Shown piece by piece: positions 47,032-56,789 of a stretch of 64,000 nt of DNA; positions within the stretch are counted from its first letter, which is position 1; each line of letters opens with the position of its first letter. The stretch comes from Actinobacteria bacterium RBG_16_68_21 (GTDB lineage: Bacteria; Actinomycetota; Acidimicrobiia; Spongiisociales; UBA11373), in assembly GCA_001767695.1 (NCBI GenBank), contig MELR01000015.1:39887-103886 (forward strand), in the 5' to 3' direction. A model generated the notes under the pieces. It did not search any database, was not told the origin of the DNA, and worked only from the letters and a program-made list of their open reading frames with translations. The translations under genes were made by a program, and so were the position numbers.

Positions 47032-47101
47032 CCCTTCGGTCGTGGCACTCGCGTGTCGCTGACACGACGCAATCGTCACTCGCAATCGCCGACGATTCGG
47101 A

Positions 47102-47458
47102 TCACTCGCCGGCGTCGATGACGCAGAAGCGGTTGCCTTCCGGGTCGGCGAGGATGACATAGTCGGCATCCGCCGGTCGTTTGTCCCAGTGCACCTCGGT
47201 GGCGCCGAGCGTGATCAGCCGTGCGACCTCGGCGGGCTGATCGTCGGCATACAGGTCGAGGTGAATGCGCGGCGGAGTCGGCGCTTCCGAGTGATGCATG
47301 TCGAGCGACAGATTGGGTCCCACTCCGTCGCGGGGACGCAGCAAGACGAAGTCGTCACTGTCATCCTGGCGCGCCACGTAGTCGAGGGCAGCCGCCCAGA
47401 ACTCGGTCTGGCGCCGCAGGTCATCGACGCGCAGAACGATCGAACCCACCCGGATCAT
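47102..47458 (-). CDS. VOC (glyoxalase/bleomycin resistance) family protein.
   Basis: MIRVGSIVLRVDDLRRQTEFWAAALDY...IHLDLYADD...PEGNRFCVI. Confidence 0.7.
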   Translation of the reverse strand: MIRVGSIVLRVDDLRRQTEFWAAALDYVARQDDSDDFVLLRPRDGVGPNLSLDMHHSEAPTPPRIHLDLYADDQPAEVARLITLGATEVHWDKRPADADYVILADPEGNRFCVIDAGE

Positions 47459-47836
47459 GGCTTTCGATGGTATCCCTGGCAGGGACTTCGGGTTCCCGCG
47501 GAGGCCCGAGGTGGCGACAGCTTGGTGGCACCCAGAAGATCGCCACCAGAGTGCGTGATCGCATCGGTGTGCTTTGGCGTTGCCGGAGTGCTCTTTGCGA
47601 TCACAGCCCCGCGCAACGCCGAACCCGGGTCGGGCCTCAATCATATGCTGTCCGTGCTGCTGGGCGTCGCCGGGTCCATCGTGGCCTCGTCGTTCGCCCT
47701 GAGCGTTACAGGCAGGTACCTCGGAGTCGGACGGACCGACAACCTCCCAGTCGGTGTTCCCGGTGCCAATCCTCGGCGGGCACCACCACGACTGACCCCC
47801 TCGGGTGATCGATGCCTGTCCCGAGGGGGTCGGTCG

Positions 47837-49558
47837 ATGGTCGCTCGCCTGTTGCTCGCAACCTTAGAGGCGAGGCGGCCACGGCCGGAAGACGCTGCCT
47901 CGACTTGGGCCGGCGTGACGCGTGGCCAAGTGGGGGATTCGGCTACCTTGACGATCGTGGCCGACGGCACCTGTTCCGAACCCACTCGGGGGCGCGACCG
48001 CGCGCTTCTCGCGGCCGCCATGTCCCTCGTCGTCCCCGGTGCGGGGCAGTGGTTCGCCGGTCGGCGGCGTCGTGCCGTTCCCTTTCTCGCGGGCACTGCC
48101 GCCCTGCTGGGCATAGCCATCGTGATGGTCGCCAGGGGGGAGGTCTATGCCCTGCGGCTGCTGGTGCAGCCGCGGTGGCTGACGACCTTCATCGTTGCCG
48201 ACGTCGCCGTGGCCGTCTTCCGCCTGGTGGCGGCGATCGACGCCTACGTGGTGGCCGCGGCCGGAACGGGGTTCAACCGTCCCGCGGTGCATGCCGCGGT
48301 TGTCGTGGTCCTCGTCGGCGCGTTGGTCGTTCCCCATCTCTTGCTCGGTGCCCGTGCCGCACGGCTGCTCGATCTCCTCGACCGGGTTTTCGTCGAAGAC
48401 ACCCAAGTCACCACCGATCAGCTACGGGCCCGTTTCTCCGCCGAGGCGGCGCGCAGCGGCGGTGTGATCCCGACCGTGTCGACCTCGACCACCAGCGCGG
48501 GTACGGACCTGTATCCCGAGTATCCCGATGGGCTCCCGCTTCCCGTGCGCACCCACTACGGAGAGGTGAGCGAAGCCGTCATCGAACCTATCGACATCGA
48601 CCGGATCACGGTGCTGCTGGTTGGCGGCGACGCCGGGCCGGGGAGGACGGGGCTGCGCACCGACGTCATGGTCCTCGCCAGCCTGGACCCGGTCACGCAC
48701 CAGGCCGTCCTGGTGAGCGTCTCCCGCGAGCTCACCGGTTTCCTGCTTCCCAGGGAATTGCAGCAGCCGCTCGAGTGGCGTCAGGACACGATCTGGTCGC
48801 TCGCCGAGCAGGCGGAGAAGAACGGCACGTCCCAGGCGACAGATCCCCTCCCCGCGGAACGAGATCCCGGAGTGTGGCTTGACCGAATCAACGCCATCTA
48901 CCCGTTCAGTCAAACCTTCGACCGCCTGTACCCGGGTGGTGTCGATCCCGGAATGGAGGCCCTTCGCCAGACCTTCCAGCAGACGCTAGGTGTCCGCATC
49001 GACTTCTACGTGCTGGTGGACTTCGCCGGATTCGTGGACGTCATCGACGCCATCGGTGGGATCGACGTCACCGCCCACGAGCCGATGCACGTGCTCTTCT
49101 CGCCCGCCAAGCCGGGGGAGGACGAGACCCTGATCGACATCGAGCCGGGAAGGCACCACTTCGACGGGCGCACCGCGCTCGCCTATGTGCGGAATCGCAG
49201 TGACTCGAGCGACATCGTGCGAACCCGCCGCCAGCGCTGCCTGCTGCGCGAAGTCGCCGCCCGACTGGACCCGCTGACCGTGCTGGTCAACTTCGATGCC
49301 CTCGCCACCGCGGTGGAGGACCACACCACCACGAATCTCCCGTTGCGGCTTCTCCCCGACCTGATCGGCGCGGTCGCCGAACTCGACCCCGGTCAGATCG
49401 GTACCTGGGCGATCCAACAAGGTTCGTCGGCGGACGGAAAGGTGGACTACCGGAATCTGCCGATCATCGATGTGGCGGGGACCCGGAGCCGGTTGGCGGC
49501 GATCCTGAGAGGCGTCGAGGAAGGTGCCCCGGTCGTGGGTGCCGACGAGTGCGGGTAG
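47837..49558 (+). CDS. LytR-CpsA-Psr (LCP) family cell-envelope phosphotransferase with a multi-TM N-terminus. Start uncertain.
   Basis: ITVLLVGGDAGPGRTGLRTDVMVLASLDP and YVRNRSDSSDIVRTRRQR are LCP core motifs. The open frame continues upstream to about 47540 with further hydrophobic segments. Confidence 0.7.
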   Translation: MVARLLLATLEARRPRPEDAASTWAGVTRGQVGDSATLTIVADGTCSEPTRGRDRALLAAAMSLVVPGAGQWFAGRRRRAVPFLAGTAALLGIAIVMVARGEVYALRLLVQPRWLTTFIVADVAVAVFRLVAAIDAYVVAAAGTGFNRPAVHAAVVVVLVGALVVPHLLLGARAARLLDLLDRVFVEDTQVTTDQLRARFSAEAARSGGVIPTVSTSTTSAGTDLYPEYPDGLPLPVRTHYGEVSEAVIEPIDIDRITVLLVGGDAGPGRTGLRTDVMVLASLDPVTHQAVLVSVSRELTGFLLPRELQQPLEWRQDTIWSLAEQAEKNGTSQATDPLPAERDPGVWLDRINAIYPFSQTFDRLYPGGVDPGMEALRQTFQQTLGVRIDFYVLVDFAGFVDVIDAIGGIDVTAHEPMHVLFSPAKPGEDETLIDIEPGRHHFDGRTALAYVRNRSDSSDIVRTRRQRCLLREVAARLDPLTVLVNFDALATAVEDHTTTNLPLRLLPDLIGAVAELDPGQIGTWAIQQGSSADGKVDYRNLPIIDVAGTRSRLAAILRGVEEGAPVVGADECG

Positions 49559-49677
49559 CAGGTGATCGGGTGCGGTCTCAGCGGGACTGTTTGGGATCGT
49601 TGGAGGCGCGACGCGACCACAGGGAGGAACCCGCCCGCCTCCGGGTCGGATGATCCTAGGCACCGAAGCGGCGCCAC

Positions 49678-49857
49678 TCAGACGGTGGATCGCTGCCTGA
49701 TCGGTTCGAGGTAGGCGCCGGTGACCGACGAGAGGTGCCCGTCGTCCCAGCGGATCTCGACCGTGGGGCCGCGCACCGCGACCACGCTCCCCTGACGGGG
49801 AATCTGACCGACGCGCTTGGTGAGCTCCTGGACCCGCATGCCCTTTCGGAGTCTCAT
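49678..49857 (-). CDS. DUF1918-like small protein (59 aa). Not in the supplied ORF track.
   Basis: MRLRKGMRVQELTKRVGQIPRQGSVVAVRGPTVEIRWDDGHLSSVTGAYLEPIRQRSTV. ATG to TGA. It fits the gap between the LCP and malic enzyme genes. Confidence 0.45.
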   Translation of the reverse strand: MRLRKGMRVQELTKRVGQIPRQGSVVAVRGPTVEIRWDDGHLSSVTGAYLEPIRQRSTV

Positions 49858-49905
49858 GGCGCCAGCGTAGGACCGGGCAGCCGAGCCCGGCGAGGGTCCT
49901 TCGGC

Positions 49906-51606
49906 CTAGACCGCCCGATACGGCAGGTAGCAGGGCCTCCACATGGCATGGTCCATCGCTGCGGGAAGATCCTCGATCGGATCGGCCACGCCTTCCGCGA
50001 TCGCCGCCTCCGCCACCTTGACTGCCACGTGACGGGACACCGACCGCACCTCGGTGATCGGCGGGAACAGCGCTCCCACCTTGAGGCAGTCGTCGGTCAC
50101 CGAGTCGGCCAGCGCCCGGGCGGCGGCGAGGAACATCCCCACCGTTACCATTCGTGCCCGGCTCACCATGGTCCCCAGGCCCACTCCGGGGAAGACGAAC
50201 ACGTTGTTCGCCTGCCCGATGCGGTGGGTGGCTCCGTCGAAGACGACGTCATCGAAGGGGCTTCCGGTCGCCACCAGGGCACGGCCCTGGGACCAAGGGA
50301 TGATGTCGGCAGGTTTGGCCTCCGTCATGGCCGTCGGGTTGGACAGCGGCATGATGATCGGTCGGTCATGGACGGCCGAGATCGCCTCCACGATCGAACG
50401 GGTGAACGACCCCGGAGTCCCGGTGACCCCGATCAGGATCGACGGCAGGTGATTGCGAACACAGGTCTCCAGGTCGACGTAGTCGCCGCGTGCTCCCCAC
50501 CCGGCAATCTGCGCGGGGTCGATGGCGAATTCACGTTTCCGGTCGACCAGATCGGTCCGGTCGGCAACCAGCAATCCGCGGCTATCGGTCATCAGGACCC
50601 GCTGCTTGGCCTCGGCGGAGCTGAGTCCGTCTTCGACCATCGCCGCGGTGATCTGGCGGGCGATGCCGATTCCGGCCGAGCCCGATCCGGCAATGAGTAC
50701 CCGCTGTCGGGAGATGCCCTCGCCGAGCAGCCGCATCGCCGCGTAGAGTCCGCCCACAACCATCGCCGCGGTCCCCTGGATGTCGTCGTTGAACGACGGC
50801 AGGGTCTCCCGGTAGGTGTCGAGATGGTGGAAGGACGTGCCGTTGGCGAAGTCCTCCCACTGGAGGATCGCCCCCGGGTACAGCGTCCGCACCGCGGTGA
50901 CCAGCTCGTCGACCAGCTCCCAGTAGGTGTCGCCCCGCACCCGATGACCCGGGTATCCGAGGTAGAGCGGATCGTCGTGGAGGTCCTGGTTGTCGGTTCC
51001 GACGTCCAGGGACACCGGCAGGCACACCGCCGGGTGGATTCCGGCGGCCGCCGTGTAGAGCGCGAGCTTGCCGATCGGGATGCCCATCCCGCCGGCACCC
51101 TGATCACCGATGCCGAGGATGCGCTCGTTGTCGGTGACCACGATCACCTTGGCGTCGGCGACCCCGCTGTTGCGGAGCCGGGCCGCCACCCATCCGAAGT
51201 CGTCGGGGGTGATGTACACCCCGCGGGCGCGGCGGAAGATGTGGCTCCAGGTGCGGCACGCCTCGGCGACGGTTGGCGTGTAGATGAGCGGGACGGTCTC
51301 CTCGAGGTTCTCGGCGACAAGGCGGTAGAAGAGGTGTTCGTTGCGATCGTGAAGGCTTGCCAGATAGATGTGCTTCTGCAGGTTGGTGTCCTTGGCCCGC
51401 ATCTGGTCGAGGCACCGCGCAACCTGCTGCTCGTGGGTCGAGACGTGGCTGGGAAGGAGTCCGGCGAGACCGAGGGTTAGCCGCTCATCGAGGGGGAATG
51501 CGGTTCCCTTGTTGAGCAGAGGATCCTCGAGCACCTGCCGACCCCGCTCGACGACCGGCAAGTACTCCTGGCCGGTCTCAGGGTCAAAAAGGGGTTGGTA
51601 GCGCAT
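49906..51606 (-). CDS. NAD(P)-dependent malic enzyme.
   Basis: LNKGTAFPLDER, YTPTVAEAC, GIGDQGAGGMGIPIGKLALYTAAAGI. 566 aa. Confidence 0.9.
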   Translation of the reverse strand: MRYQPLFDPETGQEYLPVVERGRQVLEDPLLNKGTAFPLDERLTLGLAGLLPSHVSTHEQQVARCLDQMRAKDTNLQKHIYLASLHDRNEHLFYRLVAENLEETVPLIYTPTVAEACRTWSHIFRRARGVYITPDDFGWVAARLRNSGVADAKVIVVTDNERILGIGDQGAGGMGIPIGKLALYTAAAGIHPAVCLPVSLDVGTDNQDLHDDPLYLGYPGHRVRGDTYWELVDELVTAVRTLYPGAILQWEDFANGTSFHHLDTYRETLPSFNDDIQGTAAMVVGGLYAAMRLLGEGISRQRVLIAGSGSAGIGIARQITAAMVEDGLSSAEAKQRVLMTDSRGLLVADRTDLVDRKREFAIDPAQIAGWGARGDYVDLETCVRNHLPSILIGVTGTPGSFTRSIVEAISAVHDRPIIMPLSNPTAMTEAKPADIIPWSQGRALVATGSPFDDVVFDGATHRIGQANNVFVFPGVGLGTMVSRARMVTVGMFLAAARALADSVTDDCLKVGALFPPITEVRSVSRHVAVKVAEAAIAEGVADPIEDLPAAMDHAMWRPCYLPYRAV

Positions 51607-51673
51607 GTCTCCTTCACCCTACGCCGGGGGCCTCGGGTTCGCACGGGCATTTCGTCCTACGGCGATCGGTCGG

Positions 51674-52297
51674 TCATCGGAGCGCCACCAGCACCGCCAG
51701 GCCGGCCACGACGAGGTTGCCGACGATGCTCGCCCCGATCCTGAATCGTGCCGGGAGGCTGCTGTGGGCCATCCCGCCCACCGCAGCGAGGGCGGTCTGC
51801 CAGGACAGGGAGGCGACGAAAGCCGCCCCCACGAATACGGCTCCCTCCGCGGCGCTCAAACCGGCGGCGAGACCGGAGCCCACGACGAATACCGTGAAAT
51901 AGATCACCGTGAGCGGGTTGAGGATCGTCAGTCCCACGAACGTGCGGTAGGTGCGCAGCAGTTCGTTCCGGTCGACGTTCACAGAAGCTGCGGCGGACGA
52001 CGGCTGTCGCCGGCGAATGGCGCGGACCACTCCGACCACGGCCATGGCCATCAGGACGGCGGCGCTGGCGTAGCGGAAAGGCGTCTCCACCGACGAGATC
52101 GCCGAGGCGATGGCTGCCCCGCCGGTCACGGCCAAGGCGGAGTAGACGAGGTCGGCGGTGGCGGCACCGGCACCGGCGGCGGAGGCGCACCGGAAGCCGC
52201 ACCTGATGCCGGTCTCGACGATGAGCACGCTGATCGCTCCGACGGGAATGGCAATGCCGTATCCGGCGAGGAGTCCGTGGGCCAACGCGCTCATCAT
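51674..52297 (-). CDS. LysE/RhtB family amino-acid exporter.
   Basis: 207 aa. Six TM segments. The N-terminus MMSALAHGLLAGYGIAIPVGAISVLIVETGIR is LysE-like. Confidence 0.7.
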   Translation of the reverse strand: MMSALAHGLLAGYGIAIPVGAISVLIVETGIRCGFRCASAAGAGAATADLVYSALAVTGGAAIASAISSVETPFRYASAAVLMAMAVVGVVRAIRRRQPSSAAASVNVDRNELLRTYRTFVGLTILNPLTVIYFTVFVVGSGLAAGLSAAEGAVFVGAAFVASLSWQTALAAVGGMAHSSLPARFRIGASIVGNLVVAGLAVLVALR

Positions 52298-52406
52298 TCC
52301 GCCACCCCAGAACCCGGGAATGTCACGTCCCCGGTCTCTGGCCCGGGGACGTGACTGGGTCGGAGGGTTCGCCGTGGGCGTCCCTCACTCCGCTGGCGGG
52401 AATCTA

Positions 52407-53363
52407 TCAGTCCGACGATGGTCTCGTCCCGTCGAGCCGCTCCAGGGCGCGGGCGAGCTCGGCATGGAGCGAGCGGATCCGATCGAGGGCCCACTCCGCC
52501 GGATCGTCCCTGAGGAACGACGTGCGATCCACGCGGTTGTCGAAGCGCTGCACGGGCACGGCGATCGTGGCGGCATCGGCCTTCACCAGGATCGCCCCCG
52601 GTTGCGGTGAGGTCTTTTCCAGCCACTCGATGTCATCCATGCCGTAGTCGGCGCGCAACACCTGTTCCGGCACGCCGTGGTGGAGGATCGTGGCGTCGCC
52701 CTCCGGGCCGGCGACGGCGCGCTCGCGGTTGCGACGACGGCTCTCCTCGGGAGAGACCCACACATAGAGAATCGCCGCCCGGGTGAGGATCGCCGCCGAG
52801 AGCGCGGCGAGCGACGCCCGATATCCGATCGGATGGGGCAGCGGGGCGGCCGCCCCGGTCGGACCTCCCCGGGCGAACTCGATGACCACCGTGCTCCGGG
52901 TCAGCGTCTCCCCGGTGACGACCGGGAGCGATTCCGCAAGTTCGGCGGCATCGCCGGCAAGCGCTCGGGCAACCCGCTCTCGCTGGCGGGGGACGCTTCC
53001 GCCGCTGATTCCAGCGCGACATCGCGCGGCATCGATCCGATCGAACAGGTCCTCCGGCTGGGGACTCGGTCTCTCCGGAGTGCCCAGGGAGGCGAAGTCC
53101 TCATTGAGCAGGTGGATCAGCGTCAGCCAGTCCCTGGGATCGGTGAAAGAAGAGTCGACGGAGTCGAAGAATGTCGGGGCGATGCCCGCATCGAGCTGCT
53201 CCTGGGAGATCCGGCGCATGATGTGCACGTAGGGATAGTCGTCGAGCTGGATCGTTGGCCCCACGGGGAGTGAGGGCAGGCTCGGGTCGGGGTGCTCCAG
53301 GTAGCGCCGGATCTCCGATTTGCCCGAGGCGGGAAGCGCCAGCAGGAGGAGTACCGGGATCAT
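52407..53363 (-). CDS. Uncharacterised P-loop (Walker A) protein.
   Basis: The N-terminus MIPVLLLLALPASGKSEI has a Walker A GxxxxGKS motif. The rest is unrecognised. 318 aa. Confidence 0.45.
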   Translation of the reverse strand: MIPVLLLLALPASGKSEIRRYLEHPDPSLPSLPVGPTIQLDDYPYVHIMRRISQEQLDAGIAPTFFDSVDSSFTDPRDWLTLIHLLNEDFASLGTPERPSPQPEDLFDRIDAARCRAGISGGSVPRQRERVARALAGDAAELAESLPVVTGETLTRSTVVIEFARGGPTGAAAPLPHPIGYRASLAALSAAILTRAAILYVWVSPEESRRRNRERAVAGPEGDATILHHGVPEQVLRADYGMDDIEWLEKTSPQPGAILVKADAATIAVPVQRFDNRVDRTSFLRDDPAEWALDRIRSLHAELARALERLDGTRPSSD

Positions 53364-53476
53364 GGTGGGGATCTTGGAACGATCTCACCGCCTTGGCAAT
53401 CGGGGTTCGGAGGCGGTTATCGCCCACTAGCGGCGCCGGCCGCCTTAGATTGGCGGACCCACCAACCGGAGACACC

Positions 53477-54049
53477 ATGCCGCAGCGCAAGCAGACCCCA
53501 CCGGCGACTCGATCCCGAGCGCCCCGAACCCGGCGTTCCTGGAGGACGTGGCTGATCGGGGGACTCGGGGTGGTGATACTCGGAGCGCTGGTGGTGTTCA
53601 TCGCCCGGGACGTGAGCACCAAACCCCAGGACGATGTCGCCCCTCCCGCCGGGGTCGAGACGTTCGAGGTGGCGAGCGCCGATCACACCACGGACTCGGT
53701 GGACTATCCGCAGACCCCTCCGGTGGGCGGGCCGCATTCTGCGGCCACGCTGGCGTGCGGCGCCTACGACGCCCCGGTGCGCAACGAGGAGGCGGTCCAT
53801 TCGCTTGAGCACGGGGCGGTGTGGATCACCTACCAGCCCGACCTGGATACGGCCGCAATCGCCGATCTCGACCGGTTCGCCCGCCAGTCGGAGGTCCTCG
53901 TCAGCCCGTACCCGGGACTCGACGTGCCGGTGGTGCTCAGCACGTGGGGGACCCAGCTTCGGCTGGACACCGTGGACGACGCCACAATCACCCAGTTCAT
54001 CGGCGCCTTCAAGAACAAGACTGCGCCCGAGGGTGCGGCGACCTGCTGA
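53477..54049 (+). CDS. DUF3105-like membrane-anchored protein.
   Basis: ATG at 53477. TM LIGGLGVVILGALVVFIA. LEHGAVWITYQPD. The upstream part of the track ORF is junk. Confidence 0.5.
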   Translation: MPQRKQTPPATRSRAPRTRRSWRTWLIGGLGVVILGALVVFIARDVSTKPQDDVAPPAGVETFEVASADHTTDSVDYPQTPPVGGPHSAATLACGAYDAPVRNEEAVHSLEHGAVWITYQPDLDTAAIADLDRFARQSEVLVSPYPGLDVPVVLSTWGTQLRLDTVDDATITQFIGAFKNKTAPEGAATC

Positions 54050-54053
54050 TGCG

Positions 54054-55223
54054 ATGAGGCGGCGTCTGGCGCTCCATCTGTCGGTGCTCGTGGTGGGCGC
54101 GGCGGTGGTGCGGGTGGCGGTCGTCCCCGCCGAAGTGTGCCCCCCGGTCACCTCCGGTGAGGTGCGGGCGGCGGTCGACGCCGCCGCCGGATGGCTGGAG
54201 CGCGGGGTGCAGCCGAGTGGCCGGTACACCTACGGGTACGACCGGGACGCCGACGTCGTATCACCCGACTACAACGAGGTGCGTCACGCCGGCCTCGTCA
54301 TGGTCTTGTACCAGGCGTTTGCCGCCACCAGTTCGTCCGAGGCATTGCGGGCCGGCGATGCCGGCCTGCAGCGAGCACTCGGCCAGCTGCTGGATCACGG
54401 TGACTGGATCGCATGGGCGCCCCCCGGCGAGGTGACCTCGGGCGGTAACGGGTTGCTCCTCGCCGGGATGGCGATCAGGAGGGCGGCGACGGGTGATACC
54501 ACCCACGACGGGATCATGAGGGGGATCGGTCGGTTCTTGAAGGAGATGCAGTTCCCCGACGGGAGCGTCAGCTCCGATTGGCGGGAAGGGACGGGACCGA
54601 TCGACAACCACTCGCTCTACTCGACGGGCGAGACTGCCTGGGCCCTCGTCCTGATGGATCGGGAGTTTCCCGGCGAGGGGTGGGGCGAGGCGGCGGTGCG
54701 CACCATCGACTACATGGTCTCCGATCGCGATCGGGCCGAGGGCCGGTTCTCCCGGCTTCCCGACCACTGGGCGGCTCACGCGCTGGCGGATCTCCGGTCC
54801 GACCTGCGCGCCGATCCTCGGCTGGACTACGCGCGCCGACTGGCGGGCTACTTCTCCATCAGGCTCAGGTTCGAGTCGCAGCGCCTCGGCAAGGGCATCA
54901 ACCTCCTCGTGCGGTGGTACCCGGGAACCCCGGCCGGAGTGGGCACCGCCGGTGAGGGCATGGGGGCGTTGCACCGACTGGCCGTGGACGATCCCCGGCT
55001 GTCCGATCTCGCCGAGGGCATCGACGACCGGATAGTGTGCACCGCCGGGCTCATGGTGGATCGCCAGGTCACGCCGGCGGAGTCCGCCGATGGCGCCCAC
55101 CCGCTCCTCGAAGAGGGAGCCTGGTTCTACCGGGGGTACACCCAGATGGACGACCAGCAACACACGATCACCGCCCTGCTCGAGGCGCTTCCCGTGCTCG
55201 CTGCCCGGGAGGCGGGCAGATGA
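54054..55223 (+). CDS. Hypothetical exported protein. Weak resemblance to alpha/alpha-toroid repeat proteins.
   Basis: ATG 4 nt after the previous stop. Signal-like LALHLSVLVVGAAVVRVAVVPA. DW, GW and TAWAL motifs. Confidence 0.45.
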   Translation: MRRRLALHLSVLVVGAAVVRVAVVPAEVCPPVTSGEVRAAVDAAAGWLERGVQPSGRYTYGYDRDADVVSPDYNEVRHAGLVMVLYQAFAATSSSEALRAGDAGLQRALGQLLDHGDWIAWAPPGEVTSGGNGLLLAGMAIRRAATGDTTHDGIMRGIGRFLKEMQFPDGSVSSDWREGTGPIDNHSLYSTGETAWALVLMDREFPGEGWGEAAVRTIDYMVSDRDRAEGRFSRLPDHWAAHALADLRSDLRADPRLDYARRLAGYFSIRLRFESQRLGKGINLLVRWYPGTPAGVGTAGEGMGALHRLAVDDPRLSDLAEGIDDRIVCTAGLMVDRQVTPAESADGAHPLLEEGAWFYRGYTQMDDQQHTITALLEALPVLAAREAGR

Positions 55224-55771
55224 GCAGCGCACTGCTCGTGGTGGCTTTCCTCGCCGCGGCCAATCCCTTCCGATCACGAGGGTCGATTCCCGAGGAGGCA
55301 TCGGGCAGAGCCCGCCTGGTTCCGGTTCTCGTCGGAGGGGCGCTTCTGATCGGGTCGGTGGCCGCCCTGGCGTGGTGGTCGGGGCCGATGCTGCGGGCCC
55401 TGCAGATCACTCCGGAGACGTTCAAGATCGCCGCCGGGTTCGTGGCGGTGCTGGCCGGGGGATACGCATTCGTGGTCCCCACCCCTTCCACCGAGCCGGA
55501 ACTCGCCGGCTGGCGGGCGGGGGTGTGGCCGGTGTGGTACCCCCGACTGTTCGCTCCCGAGGTGATGGCATTGGCGGTCACCGCCGGCACCGGGAACGGG
55601 GTGGCCGCCTCGGCCGGGGCGGCCGCGGTGGCCGTGGGCGGACTGCTGGCTCTGGTGCCGGTGCGCGGGCAGGTGGCGCGCCGACTCGTCGTATGGCTGG
55701 GTCGGATCCTGTCGGCAGCCCTGGTCGTGGTCGGCATCTGGCTCACCATCGACGGCATCAGGGACGTCTAG
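55220..55771 (+). CDS. Small polytopic membrane protein (MarC/UPF0056-like).
   Basis: ATGA overlap at 55220-55223. MSSALLVVAFLAAANPF... Five or six TM helices. Confidence 0.45.
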   Translation: MSSALLVVAFLAAANPFRSRGSIPEEASGRARLVPVLVGGALLIGSVAALAWWSGPMLRALQITPETFKIAAGFVAVLAGGYAFVVPTPSTEPELAGWRAGVWPVWYPRLFAPEVMALAVTAGTGNGVAASAGAAAVAVGGLLALVPVRGQVARRLVVWLGRILSAALVVVGIWLTIDGIRDV

Positions 55772-55868
55772 GAAGCGCTGGCCGGCTTCCGGCTGCCCGC
55801 TACTCGCCGGCCGGTGCCCATTGCTCATTGCGTGTTGCGTATCGACGGGCTCGCTAGCCTCGCCGGTC

Positions 55869-56789
55869 ATGGTCAAGCGGCTGGCATTCCTCGGTGTCCC
55901 CTTCGACGGGGCGGCCACCCTGGGGTGGCCGGGATCCCGCTATGCCCCCGACGAGGTCCGGCGCAATCTGGCGTGGATGCGGATGCGGGTCGAGGACGGC
56001 CGCATCTATTGGATCGACCGCGACGAGGTCGTGCCGTTCGATCCCGACTCGTTCGAGGATGCCGGTGACGTGGCCGTGGTGCCGCACGACCTGATGGCGA
56101 CCTTGGCGGCCACGCGGAGCCGGGTGACGGAACTCGCCGCCGCCGGCTGGGTCCCCATCGTTGTCGGCGGCGACGATTCGATCCTGTTTCCCGCAGTGGC
56201 GGGCGTGCACGACGCGGTCGAGGGGACCGTCGCCGTGGTCCACTTCGACGCCCATCTCGATCTCACCGACGGCAACCCCGCTCAAGGAACCCACAGTCAA
56301 TCGAGCGGGATGCGCCGCGCTCTCGAGCTGGAGCGAGTCGATCCGCGGCGATGCGTCCAGGTGGGCACCCGCAACTTCAACTTCCCCTCGTCTAAGGCCT
56401 TCATCGATTCGATCGGCCTCACCGAGATTCCCGCCGCCCGGGTCCTCTCCGACGGGGTGGCCGCCTCCTTGGAGACCATTGACGCGGTCACCGCCGGCGC
56501 CGACCACGTGCTCGTGAGTGTCGACATCGACGTGCTCGATCCGGCCTTCGCCCCCGGGGTTGGGTGGCAGGAACCGGGCGGACTGAGCTCCCGGCAACTG
56601 CTCGACCTCCTGGTGGCGCTGGCACCGACGGCGGGCGGTCTGGCGGTCAACGAGGTGAATCCGATGACCGACCACCGGTCCCAGACGTCGATCCTGGCCG
56701 CCAACCTGATCTTTCAGTTCGCGGTGGCCGCCGGTATCGGGAGCCGACCGGCTAACCCGTCCGGCAGCCGGGCTGGAGATCGCCGTTGA
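55869..56789 (+). CDS. Arginase/agmatinase/formiminoglutamase (ureohydrolase) family protein.
   Basis: GGDDSI, HFDAHLD and SVDIDVLDPAFAPG are the Mn-binding motifs of the arginase fold. Confidence 0.8.
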   Translation: MVKRLAFLGVPFDGAATLGWPGSRYAPDEVRRNLAWMRMRVEDGRIYWIDRDEVVPFDPDSFEDAGDVAVVPHDLMATLAATRSRVTELAAAGWVPIVVGGDDSILFPAVAGVHDAVEGTVAVVHFDAHLDLTDGNPAQGTHSQSSGMRRALELERVDPRRCVQVGTRNFNFPSSKAFIDSIGLTEIPAARVLSDGVAASLETIDAVTAGADHVLVSVDIDVLDPAFAPGVGWQEPGGLSSRQLLDLLVALAPTAGGLAVNEVNPMTDHRSQTSILAANLIFQFAVAAGIGSRPANPSGSRAGDRR

